Positions 21,795 to 33,112 of a stretch of 33,112 nt of DNA are shown piece after piece. Position 1 is the stretch's first letter. The number at the start of each line of letters is the position of its first letter. The notes below the pieces were generated by a model. It was not told where the DNA came from, did not search any database, and saw only the letters and a list, made by a program, of their open reading frames with translations. Origin of the DNA: Chiloscyllium plagiosum (Eukaryota); the NCBI RefSeq assembly GCF_004010195.1, contig NC_057759.1, positions 7,519,345-7,552,456 on the forward strand, given 5' to 3'. Position numbers and translations under genes: made by a program.

Positions 21795-24146
21795 CGTTTC
21801 GAGTCCAGTGACCTTTCCTTATAACTGATTGCAGAAACCAAATGACGGTCGATATGTAGAAGATAGGGTGGGAGAAGGGGGAAGGAATAAACAATAGTTG
21901 GTGATAGAACCAAAAGAGAGAAAAGAAAAGTTAGACAGACAAAGGAGTCGATACTGATTTGGTTATGATGGTGAGCAACTGTTCTTGAAGACTGTTAACG
22001 GTGAGCAAGAAGCAGTGTGAAATGGCGGACTGTGTGATAACAAGGCTTGGTGTGTGTGGAAGGGGACTAAGGCACAGTGGAGTTCTGGCCCTAAATTTAT
22101 TGAACTCGACATTGAGTCCGGAAGGCTGCAGGGTAGCTAAGTGGAAAATGAGATGTTGTTTTTTTTTCACCTTGTGCTGAGCTTCGCTGAAGCATTGTAG
22201 CAAACCTGAGAGAGAGATATTGACCAGGGAACCGGGTGGTCTGTAAAAGTGGCACTTAACTGGAAGCTTATTTTTGGGGGGCAGAACGTATAGGTTCTCT
22301 GAAGCTGTCACCTAGGTTACGCATAGTTTACCCAATGTAGAGGAAACCTAATTGTAAGCAGCGAATGAAATATACTAGATTATGAGCAGTGCAGTTAAAG
22401 TGTTGCTTTATTTGGAAGTTATGCTTGGGCTCTCGGATACTGAGGAGGGAGGAGGTAAACGAGCAGGTGTTCCACTCGGGTGGTGACAGGGGAAGGTGTT
22501 GTGGAGCTGTGGGCGTTGAGGTGGTATGGAAGTGAAGGAAGAGTGGACCAGGGTGTGCACATGAAAAGAGGACAAGGGAGGGGAAGGGAATATATGTCTG
22601 GTGGTTGCATCTCGCTGGAGGTGGTGGAAATCGTGGCGAATCATCTTCTGGATTTGGATGCTGGTGGAATGGTAGGTAAGGACAAGGGGAATCCTATCAC
22701 AAGACGGGAGAGAGGGGGTGAGTGCAGTAGTGTGGGAGATTAGCCGAAAGCTATTGTCGGCACTGCCGATAGTGGTGCGAGGGAATCCTCGATTGGGGAA
22801 GAATGTGGACATTTCAAAGGCTCCCTTGTTGAATTTTGTCTCATCGAAACATGAGAAGTAAGCATTCAGAGAATGGAATGGAGTATTTACAGGAAACTGG
22901 GTGCGAAGATGCATTGGCCAGCGAGCTGTGGGAGTCTATAGAGTTTTGTGGATATTAATGGACAGTGTATTGACAGAAATAGAAACTGAGACGCTGAGGA
23001 AGGGAAGGGAGTAGTCAGAAGCAGTCCATTTGAAAGTGAGGGTGGAATGGATCTTGGAAGTAAAGTCGGTGAAATTTTGTAAATCCAGAAGAGATAGGGA
23101 AGCAGCTCTGATGTATCAGAGAAAGAGTTATGGGTGGGGGAGGGGCAGAATTGGACTGGAAAAAGGGATGTTCCATTTTAACCCGCGAAGAGACAGACAC
23201 AACAGGGGTCCATGCGAGTACTCATGGCTATCCTTCTGACCGGAAGAAAATGAAACGTGTTAATAGACAAGTTGTTGAGCATGAGGACGAGTTCAGGTCA
23301 GCAGAGGAGGGCGGTGGTGGGTGGGGACAGTTCAGACTGTTTTTCCAGGAAGAAGCGGAGAACACTGAGACCATCCTGTTCGGTGATACAAAGTTAAAAA
23401 CCACACAGCACCAGGTTATAGTCCAACAGGTTTATGCGAAAGCGGCAGCTTTTGGATAGCTGCTCCTTCATCAGGTAGATGTGAAGGACCACCGATCCGA
23501 AAGCTAGTGCTTCCAAATAAACCTGTTGGACTATAACCTGGTGTTGTGTGATTTCTAAATTTGTCCACCACAGTCTAACACCAGCATCTCCAAATCATGA
23601 CTGTTCGGTGAAGGCCGTGTAAAGGGAAAGCGGCTGGAACCTGAAAATTGGAAATTCGAAACTGTCATACAGAGTCAGACAAATCAAAGATGCACATGCG
23701 TAGAGATTGGACCGGGAAACGGACTGAGTCGAGTTAGGAGGAGATGAGTTTTGTGGGGCCGGAGCATTCTGAAACAATGGATCTGCCCGGACAATCCAGC
23801 TTGTGGATGTTCAGAAGAAGGCAGAAGCAACCTGTGTGGAGCTGGGCATTATCAGCTTGGAGGCAGTCTGGTGGGTGGGGGAGACGTTGCCAAATGAAAT
23901 GAGGTCAGGACCTGCCGTTGATATAATGGCAGGATGTGCCATGGTGGTGTCATGAGTCAGTAGAAGACAGAAGCAGCTATCTGAGTGCTGATGCTCAGCC
24001 TCTGCACTGTAGAGGACAGTAAACCAGAGTACAACAGCACCAAACATATCGGCACATTCAATAACAAATTCAGCGTTGCATATAAGTGCATGGAGTGCAG
24101 GCAGTTCGAATGTAAACAAATTTAATTGGATGACAGGCCAGATAAA
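21795..24146 (-). mobile_element. Decayed Penelope-like retroelement (RT, linker, GIY-YIG remnants)
   Basis: GIAMSTRMDP.C.CLF (RT GxxMG motif, ~23185-23235), FFPNRGFP, DRIPLVLTYH...LQRDATTRHIFPSPP, QHLIFHLATLQPSGLNVEF. Confidence 0.85.
23387..23600. mobile_element. Second palindromic PLE terminal-repeat insertion (different family) with 11-bp TSD
   Basis: TSD CTGTTCGGTGA at 23376-23386 and 23601-23611. Inverted arms at ~23388-23457 and 23497-23564. CTGATGA on the minus strand. Confidence 0.8.
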
Positions 24147-24825
24147 NNNNNNNNNNNNNNNNNNNNNNNNNNNNNNNNNNNNNNNNNNNNNNNNNNNNNN
24201 NNNNNNNNNNNNNNNNNNNNNNNNNNNNNNNNNNNNNNNNNNNNNNNNNNNNNNNNNNNNNNNNNNNNNNNNNNNNNNNNNNNNNNNNNNNNNNNNNNNN
24301 NNNNNNNNNNNNNNNNNNNNNNNNNNNNNNNNNNNNNNNNNNNNNNNNNNNNNNNNNNNNNNNNNNNNNNNNNNNNNNNNNNNNNNNNNNNNNNNNNNNN
24401 NNNNNNNNNNNNNNNNNNNNNNNNNNNNNNNNNNNNNNNNNNNNNNNNNNNNNNNNNNNNNNNNNNNNNNNNNNNNNNNNNNNNNNNNNNNNNNNNNNNN
24501 NNNNNNNNNNNNNNNNNNNNNNNNNNNNNNNNNNNNNNNNNNNNNNNNNNNNNNNNNNNNNNNNNNNNNNNNNNNNNNNNNNNNNNNNNNNNNNNNNNNN
24601 NNNNNNNNNNNNNNNNNNNNNNNNNNNNNNNNNNNNNNNNNNNNNNNNNNNNNNNNNNNNNNNNNNNNNNNNNNNNNNNNNNNNNNNNNNNNNNNNNNNN
24701 NNNNNNNNNNNNNNNNNNNNNNNNNNNNNNNNNNNNNNNNNNNNNNNNNNNNNNNNNNNNNNNNNNNNNNNNNNNNNNNNNNNNNNNNNNNNNNNNNNNN
24801 NNNNNNNNNNNNNNNNNNNNNNNNN

Positions 24826-25150
24826 CCTGGGGTGGGGGAGTCTAGAACTAAAGGGCATCGTTTCAGGGTGAGAGGGGAAAGGTATAAAAGGAATCTCAGG
24901 GGCAAGGTTTTGCACACAGATGCTGGTGCATGTATGGAATGAGTTAACAGATGAAATGTAGGCGGCTGATAAATTTACAACATTCAAATTGCATCTGGAT
25001 GAGTACATGAATAGGAAACGTTTAAAGGATTGTGGGCCAAGTGCTGGCAAATAGGACTAGATTAGTTCATAATATCTGGTTGACATGGACGAGTTAGACA
25101 GAAGGGTCTGCTTCCGTGTTGCATGTCTCTCAGACTCCATGATTCTATTT
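24826..25150 (+). mobile_element. CR1 LINE 3' end
   Basis: PGVGESRTKGHRFRVRGERYKRNLRG plus 3' UTR. Confidence 0.85.
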
Positions 25151-25164
25151 CGAAGCAGAATTAT

Positions 25165-26030
25165 GCCCAGTGAGTTTGATCTGCCATTCGATCATTGCTG
25201 ATATGCTCCACACCCCCATTTCTTTTAATTCTCTCCATATCCCTGAAACACATTACCAGCTAAAAATTGTTTAACTCCTTTTTAAATTTACTCACTGTCA
25301 CAACTTCTACCGCACTTCGGATAGCAAATCCACAAATTCATAAGCACTTGGGAAAAGTAGCTTATGCTCAAATCTATTTTCACTTTGATACCCCTTCTCA
25401 TAAGATTATGACCTCTCATCCGATAATGTCCCACAAGAGAAAGCATCCAATCAATGTTTATTTCTCCATATCCTTTTTCATCTTAAATGCCTCCGTTTGT
25501 TCTTCACTCAGTCTTCTACGTTCCAGACAGTATAGGTCTAAACTGTTCATTCTGCCTTCACACAATAGACTCTTCATCTCTGGGATCGATTGAGTGAACT
25601 CCCTCTGAATTTCCTCCAATGTCACTACATCTTTCCTCAAATATGGAGAGTAAAGTTATTCATGGTACGCCAAGTGCGGTCTCACCAACACTTTGTGCAG
25701 CTGTGATAGTACTTCCTTGCCTTTATATTCTATTCCTTTAGCCATAAAAGCCAATATTCTATTCGCTTTCATTATGACTTGCTGCACCTGCATGCTAGTT
25801 TAACGTGATCATGAATGAGTGCATCATGATCTCTCTGCACCGAAGTATTTCCCAAATAAGATACTGGGTCGTCTTCCCATTTTTTTTCGACACAAATGCA
25901 TGGCCTCGCAATTATACACGTTAACTTTCATCTGCTACATTTTCGTCCACGATCCTAACCTATCTAAATCTATTTGAAAGGTTCTTATTTACACATTGCA
26001 ATTTAAGATCCCATCTATTTTTATATTGTA
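25165..26030 (-). mobile_element. Old CR1 LINE 3' part
   Basis: RKDVVTLEEIQREFTQSIPEMKSL...LYCLERRRL. Confidence 0.8.
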
Positions 26031-26367
26031 CCACAATTGTTGGAGAGGACACATCTAACGCCACATGGCACTGCGGGTGGATCTCATGTGGCAGCGAGAG
26101 TATCTGTCTGTCGAAGACAAAAAATACAAAAATACATGTGATACTGGATGGATTCAAACCACAACGGATGAAACTGTAGTTGGAATCTTTGTAAGGTGAC
26201 ACTGAGCCGGAGAGTGCCACTGAGGACTATGATGTTGCAGTGAAAACATGTTTAAACAAATACCTGGCGAAACACCAGAAGTGAAAGTGAAAATAATGTC
26301 GGGCACTATGATGAAGCTGGTCCTGCAAAAAAAGGTATATTGTCCTAATTTCTTTTTTTCAGCACTT

Positions 26368-26959
26368 TGTAAAAACACAGTATCTGAAAGTTCTTGGCTT
26401 ACACCTTTTATCCAAACTGGGTTTTAGCCCCAGTTTGACTATACCTAACATATAGTGCATCAGCCAAAAGGCTTTCAGATTTTAAAAAAAAAATCTTGTC
26501 CAATGAAAGGTAAATGGCCATTTCTCCCAGGTCAGCTTATCTCTGATTTGGTTTGGTCTGGGTTTTCACTGAAAGAAGTCCGGCAGTTTTGAAGCTGCTG
26601 GAGCCAAAGAAGCAGGACTATGCTGGTGATCCTCTCTCTGATTCTCTCCGGTAAGACCCTCCGTTTGATTTTAACTTTTGTGCCAGCTGGTAATGCAAGT
26701 CTGGCAAAAAGCTTCAAAAAACAATGGGATAATCTTTTAGGTTTCTGGGTAGGTTAGGTTATTTTGTATTTTATACTCTTTTGTTGTGATTCATTCGGTA
26801 ACCTTGGAAATAAATTCTATTATGTTTAGAACGAAGTGGTTTGACCAGTTGCATCACTCCTGGAATATCTGCTTTCCATCTGCTTCAAACAATTAGAAAA
26901 GTTAGGGTTTGGGGCTTCTGTCTTGAAATGCTTTGGGGGGTCTGGCCTGGCTCATAACC
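26368..26959 (+). mobile_element. Possible solo LTR or other interspersed repeat
   Basis: Begins TGTAA, ends TCATAAC, internal AATAAA at ~26808. No TSD seen. Confidence 0.35.
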
Positions 26960-27059
26960 AGGGCAGGAAGCAAGATTGGAAAGGAAAGCCCGTCGGCGAG
27001 AAGAGCTTAACTTCTTCAAGCTGGGTATGCCTTGAAGAAATGCAATAATGAGTAAAATT

Positions 27060-28090
27060 TTGAATAAAAACCAGAAGTACTGCGGATGCACTACATCAGA
27101 AACAAATCTGGAAAAGCTCAGCAGGTCTGGCAGCATATGTGAAAAGACATCCAAGTTAACGTTATTGTCCAGTGACCCTTACTCGAGTTTGAACGTAGTT
27201 AGATCATGTCGGTTGATAATATAGGTTAGGGGAAAGGGATGAGGAGTAAACGGAAGATGGAGATAGAGCTCAGAGAGGGAAGAACAGTTGAACAGATAAA
27301 GAGTCATTAGTTATCTGGCTAGGAGGGTGAATATCCGTTAATGGAGATTGTTAGTGGCATTCAATAGGTGGTGTGTAATGGCAGACTAAGTGATAACAAG
27401 GTCTGGTGTGTTTTCGGGGCTAGATTTTGGGGGAGAGAAAAAATCTGCAGTAGCTGTAATCCAGTGTCGACAAACAGGAGGCTGGAAGAGCATAGCGAGG
27501 TAGGAAGGATCAGAAGGTGGAGAATCCAACGTTTCAGGTCAATATACTTAATCAGGTTGGGCGAAGAAGAAATAAATAGAGGGTTGCGGTGTGGCTTGGG
27601 TAATGGTAGGTGGGATAGCGATAGATGGATGTAGTTACTGTGATAGATCAGTAGGAATGGTGGAATGGATAGGTGGGAAGAAAGATGGACAGATAAAGTC
27701 AGTTTAAGGAGGTGGGGAGGAGAGTAAGGGCTGTGCATGTGATCAAGTTGGAGCTGGGGAAATACAGAAGCCAATGAGGCTGGAGGTGAAATGTAAGGGA
27801 AGTGACCGCGCTGAAAAGGGAATCGGGGATCATTGGAAAGGTTGTTTGAAATTGGAGAAGTCGATTTACATCCTGGCTGTGGGTTGCTCAGGCAGAAGAT
27901 GATGTGTTGATCCTCTAATTTACAGATTTAATTGGGGAGTTCTACTTTTCCACCCTCCCAGCCTAATGGTTATCGATTTCATTGTCTTCTGTCTCTTTGG
28001 GCTCTATCTCCACCTATCATTTACTCCTTTCCCCATCCCCCACCCTACCTTGATTATATAAGCGACATTTTTGTAGCTATCATCAGTTCT
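27060..28090. mobile_element. Nested Penelope-like 3' and terminal fragments
   Basis: ctggaaaagctcagcaggtctggcagcat and purine-rich 3' regions homologous to 21795-22160 (minus to ~27910, inverted piece ~27930-28090). Confidence 0.65.
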
Positions 28091-28199
28091 GAGAAAGCGT
28101 ACCCAAGCATAAAACATGAACAACCTATGTACTAGCTCCCACCAGACGCAGCAGTTCTTATTATCACACTGCCTGTCCTTGCACACTAACTATTATTAG

Positions 28200-29395
28200 C
28201 TGCTGGCAGTCTTCATTGACAACAAGCCACCATCCCAGCCAGATTATTATCGATTACATTATCGACCCAAAGATTATTATCCCTCTCTTTGGACTCTATC
28301 AACACTTTTCGTTTATGCCTTCTATGTACCCCGCGGTACATAGGACAACTTCGGCCACAACACTGTGCAACCCTGCCATGACAATCATTGCAAGACATGT
28401 CAGAGTATCGACATGGATACCACGATTAAACCTAAGGATAACAGCATCCATGTACACGGAAGGTGCTCATGTGACTTGGCCAATGTTGCCTATCACATAC
28501 GCTGCAGGCAAGGATGCCCAGAGCCATGGTACATTTGTCAGATCAAGCAGACGTTACGAAAACGGATAAATGGACTCTGTGCAACAATCATGTGGTGTTC
28601 CCTCACAGTTGAGGAACATATCAGTAGTCCGGGATATTCGGCCTTGGATCTTCAGATGACCATCCTGTGGACTTTGGGTTATGCAGCAATGCAGACTTAC
28701 CGATCAGAGGCTGATGGCCAAGTTCAATACTTATGAGGATGGCTACAACCGGGACCTGGGGTTCATGTCACACCACATGTGACCCCACTATACTATACTC
28801 TCTCACACACATACTGAGGCACAAGCACACGTACACTCATAATCTTCCATACTCACACACTCACACAGTCCATTTCTTATACACTTGCTCATTCTCAGAC
28901 ACACGCACATACGCCCCATCCCCACTCACACCCAGGTGCACAACACCTCAGGCTTATACACTGTCACACTCACGTAACAAGCTATCAAGCACACACACAC
29001 TCGCATTCACAAAATCTCACTCTCTCACACACACACACTCACGCTCTCGCTGTCCCTCACATGCATGTACACACACACATATAAGTCCAGGGGTTGCATT
29101 TGCATTTCCAGAATTGTATTTGCAAGATAATTATATTTTGTTCAAAGAGCACACAATCTGCAGGCAGTGAATGCACGCAATCAATGTGACATTTTCTAAA
29201 TTCCTACTTTGGAAATAGAACCAGTGTGACTCAAGATTGGAATACAGACAGAGTGTAACCTCACACATTTAAATTTTTGTCTGAGTTGAGGTGTCACTTT
29301 TTCAATAGCTTTTTAAAAAGTTACCTCAGGCATGTCAATTGAAAGAAGTACTGGGATTTAGTTATTAATGAGTCGAAAACTGCAATCCATTCTCA
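28200..29395 (+). mobile_element. Penelope-like element GIY-YIG endonuclease region followed by CA-rich 3' sequence
   Basis: CKTCQSID...CSCDLANVAYHIRCRQGCPEPWYICQIKQTLRKRING (degenerate VxY...YIG and Zn-knuckle); (CA)-rich tract at ~28800-29080. Confidence 0.85.
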
Positions 29396-29396
29396 A

Positions 29397-30275
29397 CGCT
29401 GCAACTATACAAAAATGTGAGGTGATGCATTTTGGGAAGAAAAGCAGGAAGGCAGAGTACTGGGTCAATGGAGGATTCTTGATCGTGTGGATATGCAGAG
29501 GGATTTGGAGTCTATCTGCATAGATCCCTGAAAGTTGCCACCCAGGTTGATAGTGCTGTTAAGGAGGCATATAGTGTGTTAGATTTCATGCATAGAAGGA
29601 ATGATTTCCGGAGCTGCGATATCATGCTGCAACTATACAAAATGCGAGTGCAGCCACACTTGGAATATTGTGAACAGTTCGAATCGGGAAGGATGTTGAA
29701 GCATTGGAAAAGGTGCAGATGAGATTTACCAGGATGTTGCCTGGTCTGAAGGGAAGGTTGAGAGACTTGGGTCTGTTCTGATTGAAAAGAATAAGGCTCA
29801 GAGGGGCTTTGACACAGATATACAAAATGATCAGAGGATTTTTAGAATTTTTTTTAGATTAGATTCCCCATAGTGTGGATACAGGCCTTCGGCCCAACTC
29901 GTCCATACCGACCCTCCGAAGGGTAACTCACCCAGACCCATTCTCCTCTGACTAATGCAATATGTTAGACAGTGAAAGTCTTTTTCCTAGGATGATGACA
30001 TCAGCTTGTACGAGGGGGCATAATTACAAATTGAGGTGTGATAGATTTAAGGCAGATGTCAGAGGCAGGTTCTTTACTCAGACAGTGGTAAGGGCGTGGA
30101 AATCCCTGCCTGCCAATGTATTTAACTCAGTCTCATTAGGAGGATTTAAACAATCCTTGGATAAGCACATGGATAATGATGGAATAGTGGAGGGGGACGA
30201 GCTGAGAATAGTTCACACGTCGGCACAACAGCCAGGGCCGAAGGTCCTCTTCTGCACTGTATTGTTCTATGCTCT
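29397..30275 (+). mobile_element. CR1 LINE 3' part interrupted by an antisense HE1 3' fragment (~29855-29960)
   Basis: CTRGHNYKL...RGRFFTQTVVRAWKSLP; the insert is ttagattagattcccc...ggcccaac...accctccgaag. Confidence 0.85.
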
Positions 30276-30279
30276 ATTA

Positions 30280-30500
30280 AGACTTAATGGTAATCTAGCT
30301 TTGTTCAATATATCGAATCAGTTGCAAGACAGTATGATCTAGTGTTATAAAGTGTTTTATGATCCTGCTCCATTAGATACCTGACGAAGGATTAGCGCTC
30401 TGAAAACTACTGCTTCCAAATAAATCTGTTGGAATATACCTTGGTGTTGTTTTATTTTCAACTTTGCCCACACCAGTCCAACATCGGCACCTTCTCATCA
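30280..30500 (+). mobile_element. PLE terminal repeat with degenerate hammerhead (family of 23497-23595)
   Basis: CTGACGA-aggattagcgctct-GAAAA then cttccaaataaa.ctgttgga.tata.c.tggtgttgt. Confidence 0.7.
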
Positions 30501-31699
30501 CAACTTCCTTTCAATCAGGATACGAATTAATATCACTGCATTCTGTTTCACACCTCACTGTTACTTCTGTCTTTGCATTACTGAAAATTATCTGTTTGAC
30601 TGCTTATTTCTTTTATCATTAAATATCCCAATGTTCAGCCAGATTCCGATAACTTAATCATTTTATTCTTTTAGTTTTAGAATATCTGCACACGGAATAA
30701 TTACTGCTATGCAACGGAAATAACGACGAGATCGACCACTTTTGTTACAAATGTTCTTTCGAATTGCCAACGTTGGTGCTGTGCATATCGTTGAGACATA
30801 GACGTGTGCTCGAGTAATTTTGAACAGACAGTGCAATAGCAGACAGTGGCTATTTGAAGAGCACATTCCCAGTCTAAAAAAAACCAGCAGTCTTTATATA
30901 CAGTGATGAAAGCCACACTTGCAGTTGCATTAGGCCCTTCTTCAGGACGCTTTAATAATCACCATTTATTAAAGTCAATTTCATCCAATTTAAATTGTAC
31001 TTCACATTTTTGCACAGTCCGATCTGTAGCACTCCAACAGCTGAAGAAGAATCAAAATAAGAAAACTCATCCTTTCCGTTTCAAACATCTTCCCGAAGAG
31101 GAATTTCGAATTAATAAATAAAATGTTTCGGTGACATGAACCGTCTGCACCATGTATATACAGGTTCTCTTCTGGCGACAGAATTTTCTGTTCTTATTCA
31201 TCTTCCCAAATATACTCTCTTTCCATTGGTCTGCTTAAATTATTATGCACCACACGTCTGCTGATTTCATCAGAATGTCCCTCTTGTCTGAAAATATAGG
31301 ACATTCCTATTCACTGCAGTTGAAAATTTATGATATTTCAACAATTCTGTGGGCAGGTTTAGGACTATGACTTTTTTGTCCCCATTCTGTCTTAATTTAT
31401 AGTGCGAGGGATGTTGTGTGGATTCCTATCTCTTTACTTTTTTTNNNNNNNNNNNNNNNNNNNNNNNNNNNNNNNNNNNNNNNNNNNNNNNNTTCCACGG
31501 GCAGCTCATTCCATATTTCTGCAAAACTCTGTGCGAAAGAGTGGCCACTCAGGTTCTTTTGCAGTCTTCTCCCGAACCTTAAACTGATGCACTCTAGTCC
31601 TAAATAACCCAACCCTAAATTACCCATTCCCAACGTCTATACAAAATGCCATGACTGATGAAGGCCAGTTGTGCCAAAACTCGTCTTCTCTGCCTTGTC

Positions 31700-32900
31700 T
31701 ACCAATGACTTCGATTTGAGAGAACTGTGAACCTAAACTCACGTTCCCTCTGTTCCACTACACTCCTTAAGGTACTATCATTCACCATGAATCTCCTAAC
31801 TTGATTTGACTTTCCAAAATGCATAACCTCAACTTTATCGATATTAAATTCCATTTGCCATTTTTCAGCCCTCTTCACCAGCTGATCAACGTCCTGCTGC
31901 AATTTCTCATAACGTTTCTCACTGTCCACAATACCATGTCATCAGCAAACTTACTTATCGTGCCTTGTATATTCTTATTCAAATCATTGATATAGAAAAC
32001 CAACAATACTGAGACAAGCACCGACCCCTGGGGCACTCCACGCGTCACAGGCCTTCAGTCCGACAAGCATCTTTCCACAATTACGTTCTATCCAGCTTAC
32101 CCTGGATTCCATGCGATTTAATCTTCCAACGGAGCCTCCCATTTGGAACCTTATTAAAGACATTACTGAATAACGTATAGACTATGTCTACCACTCTGCC
32201 CTCGTCATATTTCCTTGTCACTTCATAAAATAACTCTTAACAAATTTGTGAGGCATGATCTGCTACTCACAAAGCTGTGCTGACTACTTGTAATCAAACC
32301 CTTCCTTTCCAAATGCATGCGTTTCTCATTACTCAGAATCATCTCAAATAATGTAACCACCACAGATGTTAAGCTCATTGGTCTGTAGTTCCTAGGTTTC
32401 ACTTTACGCCTCTATGGAATACTGACTCAACATTCGCTGTCATTCGGTCTCTCAGACATCACGTGTGGCAAATCATGATGCACAAATATCAGGCAGGAAG
32501 CCTGCAAACTTTTCTTTAGGCTCTTCCAGTGTTCTTGGATAGATGTGGTCAGGACGAGGAGTTTGGTCGACTTTCTTACATTCCAAACATCGAACACCTC
32601 TTCTATTGAGATATAGACTCTCCCCAAGATATCACTATGAACTTCCCCTAATTCCCAGATCTATCTACATGGTAAACACAGAAGAGGAATTTTCGTTGAC
32701 AACCTTTCCTATCCCCTGTGGTTCTACACAAACTTGTCCACTTTGGTGCTGAGGAGCCCTTTTGTCTCTTGAATTATACTTTTTGTTTACTTGAATATGC
32801 AAAACGTACGTCTTTAGATCATCCTAATCTCAGCCAAGGCTATCTTATGTCTATTTTTCGCCTTCCTGTCTTCCTTCTTCAGCAATCTCCTGCATACAGC
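31700..32900 (-). mobile_element. Decayed CR1 LINE RT fragment
   Basis: KFADD, SGVPQGSVL remnants, LQQDVDQLVKRAEKWQMEFNIDK. Confidence 0.85.
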
Positions 32901-32924
32901 CAGGGAATCCCTTGATCTTTACTC

Positions 32925-33112
32925 AGCGAGTCGTGAGTTCATGGAATGCCCTGCCAGTAGCAGTGGTGGACTCTCCCTCTTTATGGGAATTTAAACGGGC
33001 ATTGGATAGGCATATGGAGGATAGTGGGCTAGTTTAGGTTAGGTGGGCTTGGATCAGCGCAACATCGAGGGCCAAAGGGCCTGTACTGCGCTGTATTTTT
33101 CTATGTTCTATG
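32925..33112 (+). mobile_element. CR1 LINE 3' end with (TTCTATG)n tail
   Basis: RVVSSWNALP...FKRALDRHM; gggcctgtactgcgctgta...ttctatgttctatg. Confidence 0.85.

Noticed and set aside
28733..29170. 145-aa His/Thr-rich ORF
   Set aside because: Translation of the CA-rich PLE tail.
30681..30845. Plus-strand Cys-rich NICTRNNYCY...NCQRWCCAYR*
   Set aside because: Cysteine spacing fits neither defensin nor Ly6 without several frameshifts; no partner exon.
1..33112. Prokaryotic systems (CRISPR, retron or other RT-based defence, tRNA/rRNA genes)
   Set aside because: Vertebrate DNA: the RTs are CR1 and Penelope, A/B boxes belong to SINEs, and there is no repeat-spacer array.

Overview
Eukaryotic, repeat-rich draft-assembly DNA with four N gaps. 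It is almost certainly from an elasmobranch (shark or ray), judging by HE1-type V-SINEs, CR1-clade LINEs and Penelope-like elements (PLEs). Most long ORFs in the track are decayed retroelement pieces or antisense shadows. The main result is invisible to the ORF track because it is spliced: an apparently intact two-exon beta-defensin-like gene on the minus strand (exon 1 3464-3371, exon 2 2773-2634; 77 aa; C-x6-C-x4-C-x10-C-x5-CC) with TATA/Inr, canonical splice sites and an AATAAA signal. About 4-8 kb upstream on the same strand are duplicated C2-type Ig-domain exons of LRC/FcR-like receptor type. One is open but cut by a gap; the other is inactivated by a stop codon and a 62-nt deletion. Weaker candidate exons suggest a decaying immune-gene cluster. 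Also present are TSD-flanked palindromic PLE insertions with hammerhead ribozyme cores, a 786-bp tandem duplication and a degenerate ~74-bp tandem repeat upstream of the defensin promoter. All calls come from manual reading and translation; no searches were run and repeat boundaries are approximate.
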